Of a stretch of DNA of 64,000 nucleotides, positions 37,314 to 47,960 are shown in pieces. A program made the position numbers and the translations under genes. The stretch is from Gammaproteobacteria bacterium (GTDB lineage Bacteria; Pseudomonadota; Gammaproteobacteria; Eutrophobiales; Eutrophobiaceae), in contig OZ244905.1 in NCBI GenBank assembly GCA_965221695.1, forward strand, positions 1,440,001-1,504,000. Reading direction: 5' to 3'. The notes below the pieces were generated by a model that saw nothing but the letters and a program-made list of their open reading frames with translations, was not told where the DNA came from and ran no database searches. Within the stretch, counting starts at the first letter, position 1. Every line of letters starts with the position of its first letter.

Positions 37314-38945
37314 ATGCGCTATCCAGGCTTGGGAACAACAACCATAATTACCGCCTGCCTGCTGAACGCTTGCAGCGTGCAACCGGTTCAGCAAGCCGCA
37401 GAGTCTCCGCCGGAAACCGCCTCAGAAGCCGAGGAACCGGTAGTATATATCGTCCCGGAACCGGAACTCTATCCCGAATCCGAAGAAGAAGTTGCAACGG
37501 TCGAAAGCAAACCCGAACCTTCGTTCGAACAGCGCGACCTCTGGGAAAAAATTGGCGCGAACCTGAACCTCCCCAGATACCTGGACCGGAAAGCGGTCAA
37601 GGGCAGACTGGCATGGTATGCCAAAAACCAGGAATACCTTGACCGAGTGGTCGAACGCAGCCGCCCCTATCTGTATCACATCGTTAATGAAGTGGAAAAG
37701 CGCGGCATGCCGCTGGAACTGGCCTTGTTGCCCATCGTGGAGAGCGCGTTTCATCCCTTTGCCTATTCACGCAGCCACGCCTCCGGCATCTGGCAGTTTA
37801 TTCCAAGCACCGGAAAAATTTTCGGCTTGAAACAGAACTGGTGGTATGACGGCAGGCGGGACATTGTCGAAGCAACCCGGGCGGCGCTGGATTATATGGA
37901 AAAACTGAATCGGGACTTTGACGGCGACTGGATGCATGCTCTGGCTGCCTACAATACCGGCGAGAGGAACGTGGCCCGGGCAATCCGGCGCAACAGCAAT
38001 GCCGGCAAACCGACGGACTTCTTTTCCTTGCGCCTGCCACGGGAAACCAGAGGCTACGTGCCCAGCTTGCTGGCCGTCGCAGAACTGGTCGCCAATCCGG
38101 AGCAACACGGTGTTTCCTGGCTTCCGACGCCGGATCAGCAGTATTTTGCTCAGGTGGATACGGGAGAGCAGATTGACCTTGCTGTGGCGGCGGAGCTGGC
38201 GGGCGTGAATATGGACGAATTATATACACTGAACCCGGGCTTCAATCGATGGGCCACCGACCCGGATGGTCCGCACCGGTTGCTCGTTCCGGTTGCGGTT
38301 AAAGATACATTCGAGGAAAAACTTGCCGGCCTGTCTTCGGAACAACGGATAAACCGGGATGAGCATAAAGTCAAAACAGGCGAAACCCTGGATGGCATCG
38401 CCAAACGTTACCGCCTCTCCGTTGCCTCGCTGAAATCCATTAACAAGCTGCGCAGCGATATCATCCATACGGGCGATACGCTCCAGGTTCCCATCCCCAA
38501 GGAAGCGGCGAAACATTATACCCTCAGCGTAGAGGGGCGGCGCATGAGAGGCCTCAGGGATACCGGTGACGGCGAAAAATTTATTTATACCGTAAAACGT
38601 GGCGATACGCTCTGGGATATTGGCCGATATTACGGCTTCAGCATCAAACAACTGACTGAATGGAATGGTATATCGCGCCGCCAATACCTGCGCCCTGGCC
38701 AAAAGCTGACCTTGTGGTTCGCCGAGTCAGGCGAGAAAAAAACCGCTGCCATGATCGCAAAGCAGACCACCGACCCGTTCCATTACACCGTAAAAAAAGG
38801 CGATTCCCTATGGTCTATAGCAAAAAAATTCGATGTCACGATAAAACAGTTGCTAGCCTGGAACAACCTTCGCAAAAACAAATTTCTGTATCCCAACCAG
38901 AAAATAACTGTTTATCCGTCCGGTTCCCGCTCAGTTGGCAGCTAA
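37314..38945 (+). CDS. mltD: Membrane-bound lytic murein transglycosylase D with three LysM domains
   Basis: Lipobox LNAC, LPIVES, GIWQFIP, AAYNTGE, LysM repeats. Confidence 0.93.
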   Translation: MRYPGLGTTTIITACLLNACSVQPVQQAAESPPETASEAEEPVVYIVPEPELYPESEEEVATVESKPEPSFEQRDLWEKIGANLNLPRYLDRKAVKGRLAWYAKNQEYLDRVVERSRPYLYHIVNEVEKRGMPLELALLPIVESAFHPFAYSRSHASGIWQFIPSTGKIFGLKQNWWYDGRRDIVEATRAALDYMEKLNRDFDGDWMHALAAYNTGERNVARAIRRNSNAGKPTDFFSLRLPRETRGYVPSLLAVAELVANPEQHGVSWLPTPDQQYFAQVDTGEQIDLAVAAELAGVNMDELYTLNPGFNRWATDPDGPHRLLVPVAVKDTFEEKLAGLSSEQRINRDEHKVKTGETLDGIAKRYRLSVASLKSINKLRSDIIHTGDTLQVPIPKEAAKHYTLSVEGRRMRGLRDTGDGEKFIYTVKRGDTLWDIGRYYGFSIKQLTEWNGISRRQYLRPGQKLTLWFAESGEKKTAAMIAKQTTDPFHYTVKKGDSLWSIAKKFDVTIKQLLAWNNLRKNKFLYPNQKITVYPSGSRSVGS

Positions 38946-38985
38946 CCAGCCAAGCATTCTCCCTGATTCTTCGTAGAGTTGGAGG

Positions 38986-41142
38986 ATGACCCGCTTCCTG
39001 AAATTGTTCCTGCGTTGTCTGCTGCGTTTGCTCTACCGGGTTGAGGTCAGCGGGATGGAATATTATCAGCAAGCCGGCGAGCGAGTATTGATCGTAGCCA
39101 ATCACATTTCTCTGCTTGACGGGATTTTGCTGTACGCCTGGTTTCGGGATGATCTCAGGTTTGCCATCAACACCCAAATCGCCAACCGCCCGCATTTCAA
39201 GCCGTTTCTCTATTTCGCTGATTTATACACCATGGACCCGACCAATCCGTTATCGGTAAAATCCATGGTGCGTTTCCTGCAAGAAGATCGCAAGGCAGTC
39301 ATTTTCCCGGAAGGTCGTATCACTACCACCGGCAGCCTGATGAAAATCTACGAAGGGCCAGGGTTAATCGCCGATCGCGCCGGCGCAACCGTGCTCCCGG
39401 TCGCCATCGACGGCGCGCAATACAGTGCGATGGGTTATCTGGGAGAACGAGTAAGGTTTCCCAAAATCAGGATGCGTACGCTGGCGCCGGAAAAACTGGA
39501 GATCGACCCGTCAATCCAGGGACACGAACGGCGCAAAGCGGCTTCCGCATGGATGCAAAACCTGATGTACAGGCTGTCGTTTGCCGGCTATGACTACGAA
39601 AAGACCGTGTTCGAGGCCATACTCCAGGCTGCGGGCCTGTTCGGACACAAGCGTATCATACTTGAAGATATCAAACGGGAACCGTTTACCTACAGGCAAT
39701 TGCTGATGCGCGCGTTTATCCTCGGAGCTGTGTTACGCAAGGACACACAGGCAGGGGAGCGCGTCGGAGTACTGATGCCGAATGTCGCGGCCGGCGTAGT
39801 GGTATACCTGTCTCTGCTAAGCCTGGAAAGAGTTCCCGCGATGCTGAACTATACAACCGGACTCCAGATCCTGCTGAAAGCCTGTGAAACTGCGTCGATC
39901 AGGACGGTTTACACGTCCAGACAGTTCATAGAGAGCGCCAATCTCAAGCCACTGGCGGAAGGATTGCAGCAACGGACGCAGTTGGTCTACCTGGAGGACT
40001 TGCGTGATCGCATCGGCACAAAGGACAAATTGATCGGACTGCTGCGCAGCCGTTTCCCGCGCGCAGGTTACCGCCCTGCCGCCAAGCCGGAGGACACTGC
40101 CACGATTCTGTTCACCTCCGGCTCGGAAGGCGTTCCCAAGGGTGTGGCGCTATCGCATCGCAACCTGTTGGCCAATTTTGCACAGGCGCGCAGTTGCATC
40201 GGTTTCAAGCCCAGCGATACTATCTTCAACTGCCTACCGTTGTTCCATTCGTTCGGACTCAACATCGGTTGTGTGCTGCCGTTGCTGGGCGGCTGCAAAA
40301 TATTTCTGTACACCACACCCTTGCATTACCGGATCATTCCGGAACTGCTGTATCAGACCGACGCCACCATCTTATTCGCCACCAATACCTTTCTCAAGGG
40401 TTACGGGCAGCATGCCCATTCCTATGATTTCAAATCGCTGAAATATGTGCTGGCTGGGGCTGAAAAGCTGCAGGATGATACCCGCAGACTGTGGATGGAA
40501 AAGTTCGGCATCCGCATCCTCGAGGGCTACGGCGCAACGGAATGCAGCCCGGTAATTTCGGTGAATACCCCCATCAACAACAAGCCCGGCAGTGTGGGGA
40601 AACTATTGCCAGGCATGCGCGCCTACCTGGCGCCGATTGCCGGCATAGAACATGGTGGAAGACTGGTAGTAAGCGGGCCGAACGTCATGTCCGGCTACCT
40701 GTTGCATGGGGCCGGCGGCAGCATTCATCCGCCGCGTACGGAACGCGGGGAAGGTTGGTACGACACCGGCGACATAGCGACTATCGATGCTGAGGGCTAT
40801 ATTGAACTGCTCGGCCGCGCCAAGCGCTTTGCCAAGATCGGCGGAGAAATGATTTCACTCAGCGCGGTGGAAGAGTTGGCCACGCTCACCTGGCCGGATT
40901 GCAATCATGCTGCTTTGTCCATGCCGGATGAGCGCAAAGGGGAGAAAATTATCCTGATATCGGAGCGTGAGGGAGCGGACCGGAAGTCATTCCAGAAAAA
41001 AGCGCGGGAACTGGGTTACGGAGAGTTGTACATTCCCAGGGAAGTCATAGCCATACGCCAGTTGCCGGTACTGGGCACAGGAAAGACAGATTACGTTGCT
41101 TTGCTGGAAAAGCTGAATACCGAAATTGCGGGGTCAGCATAA
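38986..41142 (+). CDS. aas: Bifunctional 2-acyl-GPE acyltransferase/acyl-ACP synthetase
   Basis: NHISLLD, IFPEG, TSGSEGVPKG, EGYGATE, YDTGD. Confidence 0.92.
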   Translation: MTRFLKLFLRCLLRLLYRVEVSGMEYYQQAGERVLIVANHISLLDGILLYAWFRDDLRFAINTQIANRPHFKPFLYFADLYTMDPTNPLSVKSMVRFLQEDRKAVIFPEGRITTTGSLMKIYEGPGLIADRAGATVLPVAIDGAQYSAMGYLGERVRFPKIRMRTLAPEKLEIDPSIQGHERRKAASAWMQNLMYRLSFAGYDYEKTVFEAILQAAGLFGHKRIILEDIKREPFTYRQLLMRAFILGAVLRKDTQAGERVGVLMPNVAAGVVVYLSLLSLERVPAMLNYTTGLQILLKACETASIRTVYTSRQFIESANLKPLAEGLQQRTQLVYLEDLRDRIGTKDKLIGLLRSRFPRAGYRPAAKPEDTATILFTSGSEGVPKGVALSHRNLLANFAQARSCIGFKPSDTIFNCLPLFHSFGLNIGCVLPLLGGCKIFLYTTPLHYRIIPELLYQTDATILFATNTFLKGYGQHAHSYDFKSLKYVLAGAEKLQDDTRRLWMEKFGIRILEGYGATECSPVISVNTPINNKPGSVGKLLPGMRAYLAPIAGIEHGGRLVVSGPNVMSGYLLHGAGGSIHPPRTERGEGWYDTGDIATIDAEGYIELLGRAKRFAKIGGEMISLSAVEELATLTWPDCNHAALSMPDERKGEKIILISEREGADRKSFQKKARELGYGELYIPREVIAIRQLPVLGTGKTDYVALLEKLNTEIAGSA

Positions 41143-41165
41143 GCTTGCCGGGATAAGCCGACAAG

Positions 41166-41930
41166 CTAGTACTGAGTTTCCGTGTTATGTCCGCCACTGC
41201 CCGTAAACGGCACGAAACCTACCGGCAGAATATCCGTTTTCCTAATCTCGCCGTTCTGCTGTTTTTCCAATACCTGCAGAGTCTGATAACCATGTTGTGG
41301 ACCAACCGGGATCACCATCCGCCCCCCGGGTTTGAGCTGGTCAATCAAGGGTTGCGGCGCTTCTTCTGGCGCAGCCGTTACCATGATTGCATCGAACGGC
41401 GCATGTTCCTCCCAGCCGATGTAGCCATCTCCGATTTTCACCGTGACATTATCGAAACCGAGACTGGCGAGGGTATTTTCCGCGCGTTTGCCCAGCGCTT
41501 CGATGATCTCGATGGTATAGACATGGCGCGCCAAACGCGCCAGCGCCGCGGCCTGGTAACCTGAGCCCGTGCCGACCTCCAGCACGACCGAGTCGCCATC
41601 CACATTCATCAGGTGCGTCATCAGAGCAACAATATAAGGCTGCGAAATAGTCTGACCCGCGCCAATGGGCAGAGGCCTGTTCAAATAGGCAAATTCACGC
41701 AGGGCTTCAGGCACAAATTTATGGCGCGGCACGGTTGCCAGAACATCCATCACACGCTCATCCAGCGTGTCTATACCGGTATAACTGCGGGTTTCATCCA
41801 CTGTTTCCTTGATCGCGGTGATCATCTCCCGGCGTTCGGTTTCATATTCGTCCAACGCAACCAGTCCATTAGAGGCTGTTGCCAGCAATATAGCAACTAC
41901 AACAGAACACGGAGATTCTATTTTTATCAT
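41166..41930 (-). CDS. pcm: Protein-L-isoaspartate O-methyltransferase
   Basis: GQTISQPYIVA, LEVGTGSGYQ, APFDAI; hydrophobic N-terminus. Confidence 0.94.
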   Translation of the reverse strand: MIKIESPCSVVVAILLATASNGLVALDEYETERREMITAIKETVDETRSYTGIDTLDERVMDVLATVPRHKFVPEALREFAYLNRPLPIGAGQTISQPYIVALMTHLMNVDGDSVVLEVGTGSGYQAAALARLARHVYTIEIIEALGKRAENTLASLGFDNVTVKIGDGYIGWEEHAPFDAIMVTAAPEEAPQPLIDQLKPGGRMVIPVGPQHGYQTLQVLEKQQNGEIRKTDILPVGFVPFTGSGGHNTETQY

Positions 41931-41943
41931 TTGGAAAACAGTC

Positions 41944-41980
41944 TTAAAAAAACTCTGAGATTAAGTCAGAGGCTCCCTAA
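41944..41980. repeat. Short MITE remnant
   Basis: aactctgagattaagtcagaggctccctaa; abuts the SDR stop codon. Confidence 0.7.
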
Positions 41981-42732
41981 ACAACTCCGCCTCCCACATT
42001 GAGCGCTGCGCCCGTAATATAGGCGGAATCATCTGAGCACAGGAATACTGCCGCGCTGGCCACATCATCCGGCGTTCCGAACCGCCGCAATGGAATTTCA
42101 GCAAGACGCTCCGTATAGTAGTCCTGATCCATGACATCTGTGGCAAACGCAGTAGAGATCCAGCCGGGCGCAAGCACGTTAACCCTGACCGTTGGGGCGA
42201 TGGTTTTCGCCAATGATTTGCTGAAAGCCTGTATGCCGGCTTTCACTGCGGAAAACATCTGTGGATTGACCCCGGGGTAACCATGAACGGCCTGGTCCCA
42301 GGACATGTTGATTATCACACCGCCTCCCTGGCGTTGCATGACTTCGGCCACTGCCCAGCAACACTGGATAGTCCCTTTCAGGTCGACATCTACCAGCATG
42401 GAGAGCTTTTTCCGGTCGTCAAGCCGGGCGCCGTCACCCGTCAGGATGTCCGCGCCGGCATTATTCACCCATACATCGATGCGGCCAAATCGCTCGCTGA
42501 CCATTTCAATCAGGCCTGCAACCGCTTCCGGATCGGCTATATCCGCTTGCGCCGCAAACGCCTGTCCGGACATGCCCTGTATTTCTCTGACTACCTGTTC
42601 TGCCTGTTCTCCGGACCTGTTGTAATTGACGGCCACGTAAGCGCCCTCTCCGGCAAAGGCCAGCGCCAGCGCGCGCCCGATCCCGGAACTCGCCCCCGTG
42701 ATCACTGCCACCTTATCATGAAGTCGCGCCAT
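41977..42732 (-). CDS. SDR family oxidoreductase with atypical FxxxK motif
   Basis: TGASSGIG, NNAG, MFSAVK, LAPG. Confidence 0.9.
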   Translation of the reverse strand: MARLHDKVAVITGASSGIGRALALAFAGEGAYVAVNYNRSGEQAEQVVREIQGMSGQAFAAQADIADPEAVAGLIEMVSERFGRIDVWVNNAGADILTGDGARLDDRKKLSMLVDVDLKGTIQCCWAVAEVMQRQGGGVIINMSWDQAVHGYPGVNPQMFSAVKAGIQAFSKSLAKTIAPTVRVNVLAPGWISTAFATDVMDQDYYTERLAEIPLRRFGTPDDVASAAVFLCSDDSAYITGAALNVGGGVV

Positions 42733-42746
42733 GGACATAGTATAAT

Positions 42747-42776
42747 GGAAACTCTGATTAAGTCAGAGGTTCCTAA
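42747..42776. repeat. Short MITE remnant
   Basis: ggaaactctgattaagtcagaggttcctaa. Confidence 0.8.
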
Positions 42777-42826
42777 AGCAAATCTGGTGGTTCACATATC
42801 TTCCGCAGCTTAAATGTGCCAGACTT

Positions 42827-43651
42827 ATGGTGTCAATCAGCGTCATCATTCCTACTTATAACCGCGCGCGCCTGTTGCCGAGGTGTCTGGATTCGACGAT
42901 CTCACAGACGCTGAAACCGCTCGAGATCATCGTCGTGGATGACGGTTCCACCGACTCGACCCGTGCCCAGGCACAGCGTGACTATCCCGGCATCACACTG
43001 ATCTCGCAAGCTAACAGCGGCGTGAGCTCCGCCAGAAACGCCGGCATACGCGCGGCTCGGGGTGATTGGCTGGCTTTCCTCGATTCGGATGATTCCTGGA
43101 TCCCCGACAAGCTGGAGCGGCAGGCTCAGGTTATCCTGAAATCCCCTGATATCAGTATCGTCCACACAGACGAAATATGGATCCGCAACGGCAAACGGGT
43201 CAACCCGCGGCATAAACACAGGAAATATGGCGGTTTAATCTTCAAACGCTGCTTGCCCCTGTGCGCAATCTCCCCTTCCTCCGTCATGATCCATCGACGC
43301 GTATTCGAGCAGGTGGGCTTATTTGATGAAACACTGCCGGTATGCGAGGATTATGATTTGTGGCTGCGCATCTGCGCGCGCATGCCGGTCGCATTAGTTC
43401 CGGAGCGCCTGATCACCAAGTATGGCGGACATTCCGATCAGCTCTCAACCCGCTACTGGGGCATGGATCGCTTTCGCATCAGGTCGCTTGACAGGATTCT
43501 CACTGAAGCGGCGCTCAAGCCCTCTGATCGGAATGCCGCAATTGAGACCCTGCTCAGCAAAATCAGAATTTATCTTGACGGCGCCGCAAAACACAACAAC
43601 CGGATATTCGTTCCGGAGTGTGAAAGATTGCTGACGCGCTACGCTCATTGA
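42827..43651 (+). CDS. Glycosyltransferase family 2
   Basis: SVIIPTYNR, VDDGSTD, FLDSDD, EDYDLWLR. Confidence 0.93.
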   Translation: MVSISVIIPTYNRARLLPRCLDSTISQTLKPLEIIVVDDGSTDSTRAQAQRDYPGITLISQANSGVSSARNAGIRAARGDWLAFLDSDDSWIPDKLERQAQVILKSPDISIVHTDEIWIRNGKRVNPRHKHRKYGGLIFKRCLPLCAISPSSVMIHRRVFEQVGLFDETLPVCEDYDLWLRICARMPVALVPERLITKYGGHSDQLSTRYWGMDRFRIRSLDRILTEAALKPSDRNAAIETLLSKIRIYLDGAAKHNNRIFVPECERLLTRYAH

Positions 43652-44463
43652 TGTTGCATATTATCTGCGCGCTGAAACCTGAGGCCCGGCCTTTGCTGGA
43701 TCATTTCGGCTTGCGCCCCCGGTCCGACGCGCCACAGGTGTATCATAACCCCGATACCCGTATCTCTCTCACATTGTCCGGTATCGGCAAATCTGCCGCG
43801 GCCGCAGCAGTCGAGCAGACTCACGCGCTGTTCAACGCCGATAAATCCCACGCCTGGCTCAACCTGGGCATTGCGGGACACGCCAAACTGCCGCTTGGCC
43901 AGGCGGTTATCATAAAAAAGATAACTGACGCGGCCACTGGGCAAACCTGGTTCCCCTCCCTGGTCTTTGCCGTAACCATTCCTTCACGAGACCTGCTCAC
44001 CCTGGACGAACCTGAAAGCAACTACCGGAACGAACTGTTCGATATGGAATGCGCCGGTTTTTATCGCGCCGCGAGCGGTATCGCGACGCTGGAATTAGCG
44101 CAGGCAGTGAAGATTGTCTCGGATAATGCCGAGCAACCGATGGACAGAGTCGACCCGACCCTGATCAGCCGGTTGACGCAGCAAAACCTGCCTGTAATCG
44201 AGGAGATTATGCGGCAAATGCAGGCGCTATCAGCGCTGCAACTGCGTCTTAACGACACAGGCCCGGATTACCATGCAATCACAAAGCGCCGGCATTTCAG
44301 CGTGAGCCAGCAACGCCAGTTGCAGGTTTGTCTCAGAAAATGGCGGGCGTTGCATCCTGGAGATGGCGGCCTGGTCCAGCGCGTGGCTGGAAAAAAGACC
44401 GCCGCTGAGATACTCCGGTTCCTGCAAGGGGAACTGGATCGCGCTCCGATCAGACTCCATTGA
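43651..44463 (+). CDS. Nucleoside phosphorylase/MTAN-fold protein with C-terminal extension
   Basis: ICALKPEA, SGIGK, NLGIAG, FDMECAG, KIVSDN. Confidence 0.75.
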   Translation: MLHIICALKPEARPLLDHFGLRPRSDAPQVYHNPDTRISLTLSGIGKSAAAAAVEQTHALFNADKSHAWLNLGIAGHAKLPLGQAVIIKKITDAATGQTWFPSLVFAVTIPSRDLLTLDEPESNYRNELFDMECAGFYRAASGIATLELAQAVKIVSDNAEQPMDRVDPTLISRLTQQNLPVIEEIMRQMQALSALQLRLNDTGPDYHAITKRRHFSVSQQRQLQVCLRKWRALHPGDGGLVQRVAGKKTAAEILRFLQGELDRAPIRLH

Positions 44464-44469
44464 ACAGAG

Positions 44470-45504
44470 ATGATCGACCAGATCTATATCGAGGAAACCC
44501 TGCTTGAACATCCCCGGGCGCGCGCCATCTTGCGGCGTTTCCCGGATGCGGCGGTGACCACCTGCGACCGCTACGGCGAAATATTCAACCGCAGAGCGCA
44601 GAACTTCCGCTTGCAGAAGATGAATCCGGCTTTGATCCTGGCTGAGAAGTTTTCCAATCATGTGTTGCCTTCTCCGCCGGAATACGCCATCGGCGGCGAT
44701 TTCAATTATTACTTCTCGCACATGTTAAATTGCGTCTACGACTGCCGCTACTGTTTTCTGCAAGGCATGTACCAGTCTGCGCACTATGTGGTTTTTGTCA
44801 ACTACGAAGACTTTTTCGAGGCCATTGTTGGCAAGATCATGGCAGCGGGGGATGCCTCGGCGCATTTCTTTTCAGGTTATGATTGCGACAGCCTGGCGCT
44901 GGAACCGGTAACGGATTTCGTGAAGGAATTCCTGCCCTTGTTCAGGAAGCATCCCCAGGCTCTGTTGGAATTGCGCACCAAAAGCACACAAATCCGGTCA
45001 TTGCTGAACCGTGAACCCATCCCCAACTGTATTGTCGCCTACAGTTTCACACCGTCTGAAATCGCTGCAGCCATCGAACACAAAACGCCTCCGGTGAGCA
45101 AGCGATTGCAGGCGTTACAACGCCTACAGGCGCGCGGCTGGCGAGTCGGGTTGCGTTTTGACCCGTTGATTTACCAGGACGGCGTGAAGCAGCAATATGA
45201 GCGGCTGTTCTCCCAAGTCTTTGCTGTTATCGATATGGCGCTACTGCATTCGGTCAGCCTGGGGAGTTTCCGTCTGCCCAAATCGTTCTACCAGTCTTTG
45301 GCGCGGCTTTATCCGGATGAAGTCCTGTTCGCTTCACCGCTGGAAGAGTCTGCGGATGGGATGATCACATACCGGGAACAAATTCGCGCGGAGTTGGTGT
45401 CGTTTTGCAGGAAAGCCTTGCTGAAACATGTCCCGGCGGATAAACTTTTTCTCTGCGAACCTGTTTATCAGGCAAATATTGCAGCCAACTATCCAACCTC
45501 TTGA
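44470..45504 (+). CDS. Spore photoproduct lyase-like radical SAM protein
   Basis: NCVYDCRYCFLQ (CxxxCxxC), DSLALEP, ELRTKS, GLRFDP. Confidence 0.88.
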   Translation: MIDQIYIEETLLEHPRARAILRRFPDAAVTTCDRYGEIFNRRAQNFRLQKMNPALILAEKFSNHVLPSPPEYAIGGDFNYYFSHMLNCVYDCRYCFLQGMYQSAHYVVFVNYEDFFEAIVGKIMAAGDASAHFFSGYDCDSLALEPVTDFVKEFLPLFRKHPQALLELRTKSTQIRSLLNREPIPNCIVAYSFTPSEIAAAIEHKTPPVSKRLQALQRLQARGWRVGLRFDPLIYQDGVKQQYERLFSQVFAVIDMALLHSVSLGSFRLPKSFYQSLARLYPDEVLFASPLEESADGMITYREQIRAELVSFCRKALLKHVPADKLFLCEPVYQANIAANYPTS

Positions 45505-45612
45505 TAGCAGGATAGTATCCCTGCGGGCCTCGACTGACTAACGACTGGTGAAATACGGGCTTGGCAGTCATAATTGACGAATTGGGAAGCATCGCTTTCT
45601 TTAACAAATACA

Positions 45613-45640
45613 TAAGGAACCTCTGATTAAGTCAGAGGTT
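45613..45640. repeat. Short MITE remnant
   Basis: taaggaacctctgattaagtcagaggtt. Confidence 0.75.
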
Positions 45641-45659
45641 AGTCATAGGGGTTTGGATA

Positions 45660-47957
45660 ATGATCCGATTCTGTAAAGACCTATATCGGTGGACAAACGT
45701 TTGCATGGCGGGCGTGGCCGCGATGGCGCTGCCGCCTGCCCTGGCACAGTCAGTTCTTGAGGAGGTCGTGGTGACGGCGCGCAAACGCGAAGTGTCTCTT
45801 CAGGATGCGGCTATTGCGGTATCCGTACTGTCCGGTGAGGACTTCGACAAATCCAACGTGGTAAGACTGGACAACTTCAATGGATATGTCCCGGGACTGG
45901 TTGTTGCGAAAAACGACGGCGCCGGCCGCGTCGTGACCATTCGCGGCATCGGCTGGGAAACCGCCCAGAACCTGACCACGCAACCCAGTGTGCTGAGCTA
46001 CATCGACGGCATCTATCTTGCCAACCCGCTGGCAATGGGCATGGATCTTGGCGACCTGGAGCGAATCGAGGTCTTGCGCGGCCCGCAGGGCACCGAGTTC
46101 GGCCAAGGCGCCACCGGCGGCTCCATTAACCTCGTCACGAAAAGACCGCATTTCGACCAGATGGAAGGCTCCGCCGAACTGAGCTATGGAACTTATAACA
46201 ATCTGCGCGGACGCGTCTCGATAAACGCGCCGCTTTCCGACACCTGGGCAATCCGAGCATCGGCGCAGAAATACAGGCGAGATGGTTTCGCGGAGATTGA
46301 GGGCGGTGAACTGGATGGATACGACTTGGATGATGCCGATTCGTTCACCGCCAAATTGGCGGCGCTGTGGCAGCCGTCAGAAGACTTCAGCGCGCGCGCG
46401 CAGGTATTCATACATGACTCCGACCATGGCGCCGCAGCGCAGAAGAACGAGTATGATCCCAACCCCGACACGCGCGAACTGTCCCAGGATTATGCCGGTA
46501 TCTTCGCGCTGGAAAACTACAACGCATCGCTGATCATTGAATGGGCAAGCCCCTGGGGCATGACACTCAAATCACTGACTGGCTGGCAGGCGCTGAAGAA
46601 GGAACAGTCGGTAGATGGCGACCGCCTGAATGAAAACCTCACTTATATCAACAGTACCGGGTATGCCTTCAACAACTGGGACGTATTGCCTTATTGGGAT
46701 AACGATTCCGATGCCGTCAGCCAGGAAATCAACATTAGCTACCTCGGCGAGCGCCTCGAATGGACGCTCGGCGGTTATTACCTGCATCACGAGAACTTCA
46801 ATGACTTCCTGGAAGCCACAGGACCGGGGCCGTTCACGGAATCGCCAGCGTCCCTGCCCCGTTCCCAACTGAACGCGCAAACCTTGCCGCCGTTCCAGTC
46901 GCATTTGAATTTCACGGAAGTCCGCACCGTCACCCGCGAGGACTACGCATTCTACGGGCAAGCCACCTACCGGCTGAACGATAAGTTCGCCGTCACCGCG
47001 GGCCTGCGTTACCAAGATGAGGACCAGCTAGATGAAACATCCCAGTTCTTTGGTATTTTCGGGGATGGCCGCCGGGAAACGAACGACTCGAAAGTGACCT
47101 GGAAGGCAGGAGTGGATGCGCATCTTACTGAAGACAACCTGGTCTATGGACTGGTCTCCACCGGCTGGAAAAACGGTGGTTCAGGCAGCCCCGGGATATT
47201 CAAACCGGATCAATTTGAACCCGAGGAGGTGACAGCCTACGAACTGGGGACCCGCAACAATTTCCTTGACGGACGCCTGCGTCTGAATATTACGGCATTT
47301 TATTACGACCATGAACACATGCAGTTCACCTATGAGGACCCTGCGCCATTTGCCGGCGGCACATGGACCATTCCCCAATCGGAGCAGTACGGCATCGAGT
47401 CTGAGCTAAGCTGGCTGTTGGCGGATAACTGGCAGCTCGATGGCATGCTGGCGTGGCAGGACGGCAAGGTGAAATCAGATGTGTTCGCGCTCGACGTTGA
47501 AGATTTCCGCGCTGCGTTGATACCATTCCAACTGGGCCTGTTTACCCCGAACGCGGTTGAGGAACGCATCAGGATGAACAACGCCAATAACCTCAAAGGC
47601 AATGAACCGCCGAAACTGGCGGATATCATGGCGCGTGTCGCCTTGACCAATACCCATGTCTTCGCTGACGGTTCCATACTGAATTCACGAGTGGAATATG
47701 TCCACCGCGGCAAGTTCCAGGCCCGCATATTTAATCACCCCAGGGTCGACAGCGTGCCCAATTATGATATTTTCAACCTGTATTTTGACTACGACGTGGG
47801 CAATATGCCCCTCAGTTTGAGCCTCAGTGTCACCAATGTTTTCGACAAAAACGGCATCAATAACATCTTCACCAATCCATACGGATTGTGGACCACGAGC
47901 TACGAGTATATCCCGCCGCGAGAGGCCATCGGCTCGATCAAATACAGTTGGAAATAG
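45660..47957 (+). CDS. TonB-dependent receptor
   Basis: Signal peptide, LEEVVVTARKRE, IEVLRGPQGT, aromatic C-terminus. Confidence 0.93.
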   Translation: MIRFCKDLYRWTNVCMAGVAAMALPPALAQSVLEEVVVTARKREVSLQDAAIAVSVLSGEDFDKSNVVRLDNFNGYVPGLVVAKNDGAGRVVTIRGIGWETAQNLTTQPSVLSYIDGIYLANPLAMGMDLGDLERIEVLRGPQGTEFGQGATGGSINLVTKRPHFDQMEGSAELSYGTYNNLRGRVSINAPLSDTWAIRASAQKYRRDGFAEIEGGELDGYDLDDADSFTAKLAALWQPSEDFSARAQVFIHDSDHGAAAQKNEYDPNPDTRELSQDYAGIFALENYNASLIIEWASPWGMTLKSLTGWQALKKEQSVDGDRLNENLTYINSTGYAFNNWDVLPYWDNDSDAVSQEINISYLGERLEWTLGGYYLHHENFNDFLEATGPGPFTESPASLPRSQLNAQTLPPFQSHLNFTEVRTVTREDYAFYGQATYRLNDKFAVTAGLRYQDEDQLDETSQFFGIFGDGRRETNDSKVTWKAGVDAHLTEDNLVYGLVSTGWKNGGSGSPGIFKPDQFEPEEVTAYELGTRNNFLDGRLRLNITAFYYDHEHMQFTYEDPAPFAGGTWTIPQSEQYGIESELSWLLADNWQLDGMLAWQDGKVKSDVFALDVEDFRAALIPFQLGLFTPNAVEERIRMNNANNLKGNEPPKLADIMARVALTNTHVFADGSILNSRVEYVHRGKFQARIFNHPRVDSVPNYDIFNLYFDYDVGNMPLSLSLSVTNVFDKNGINNIFTNPYGLWTTSYEYIPPREAIGSIKYSWK

Positions 47958-47960
47958 CCC

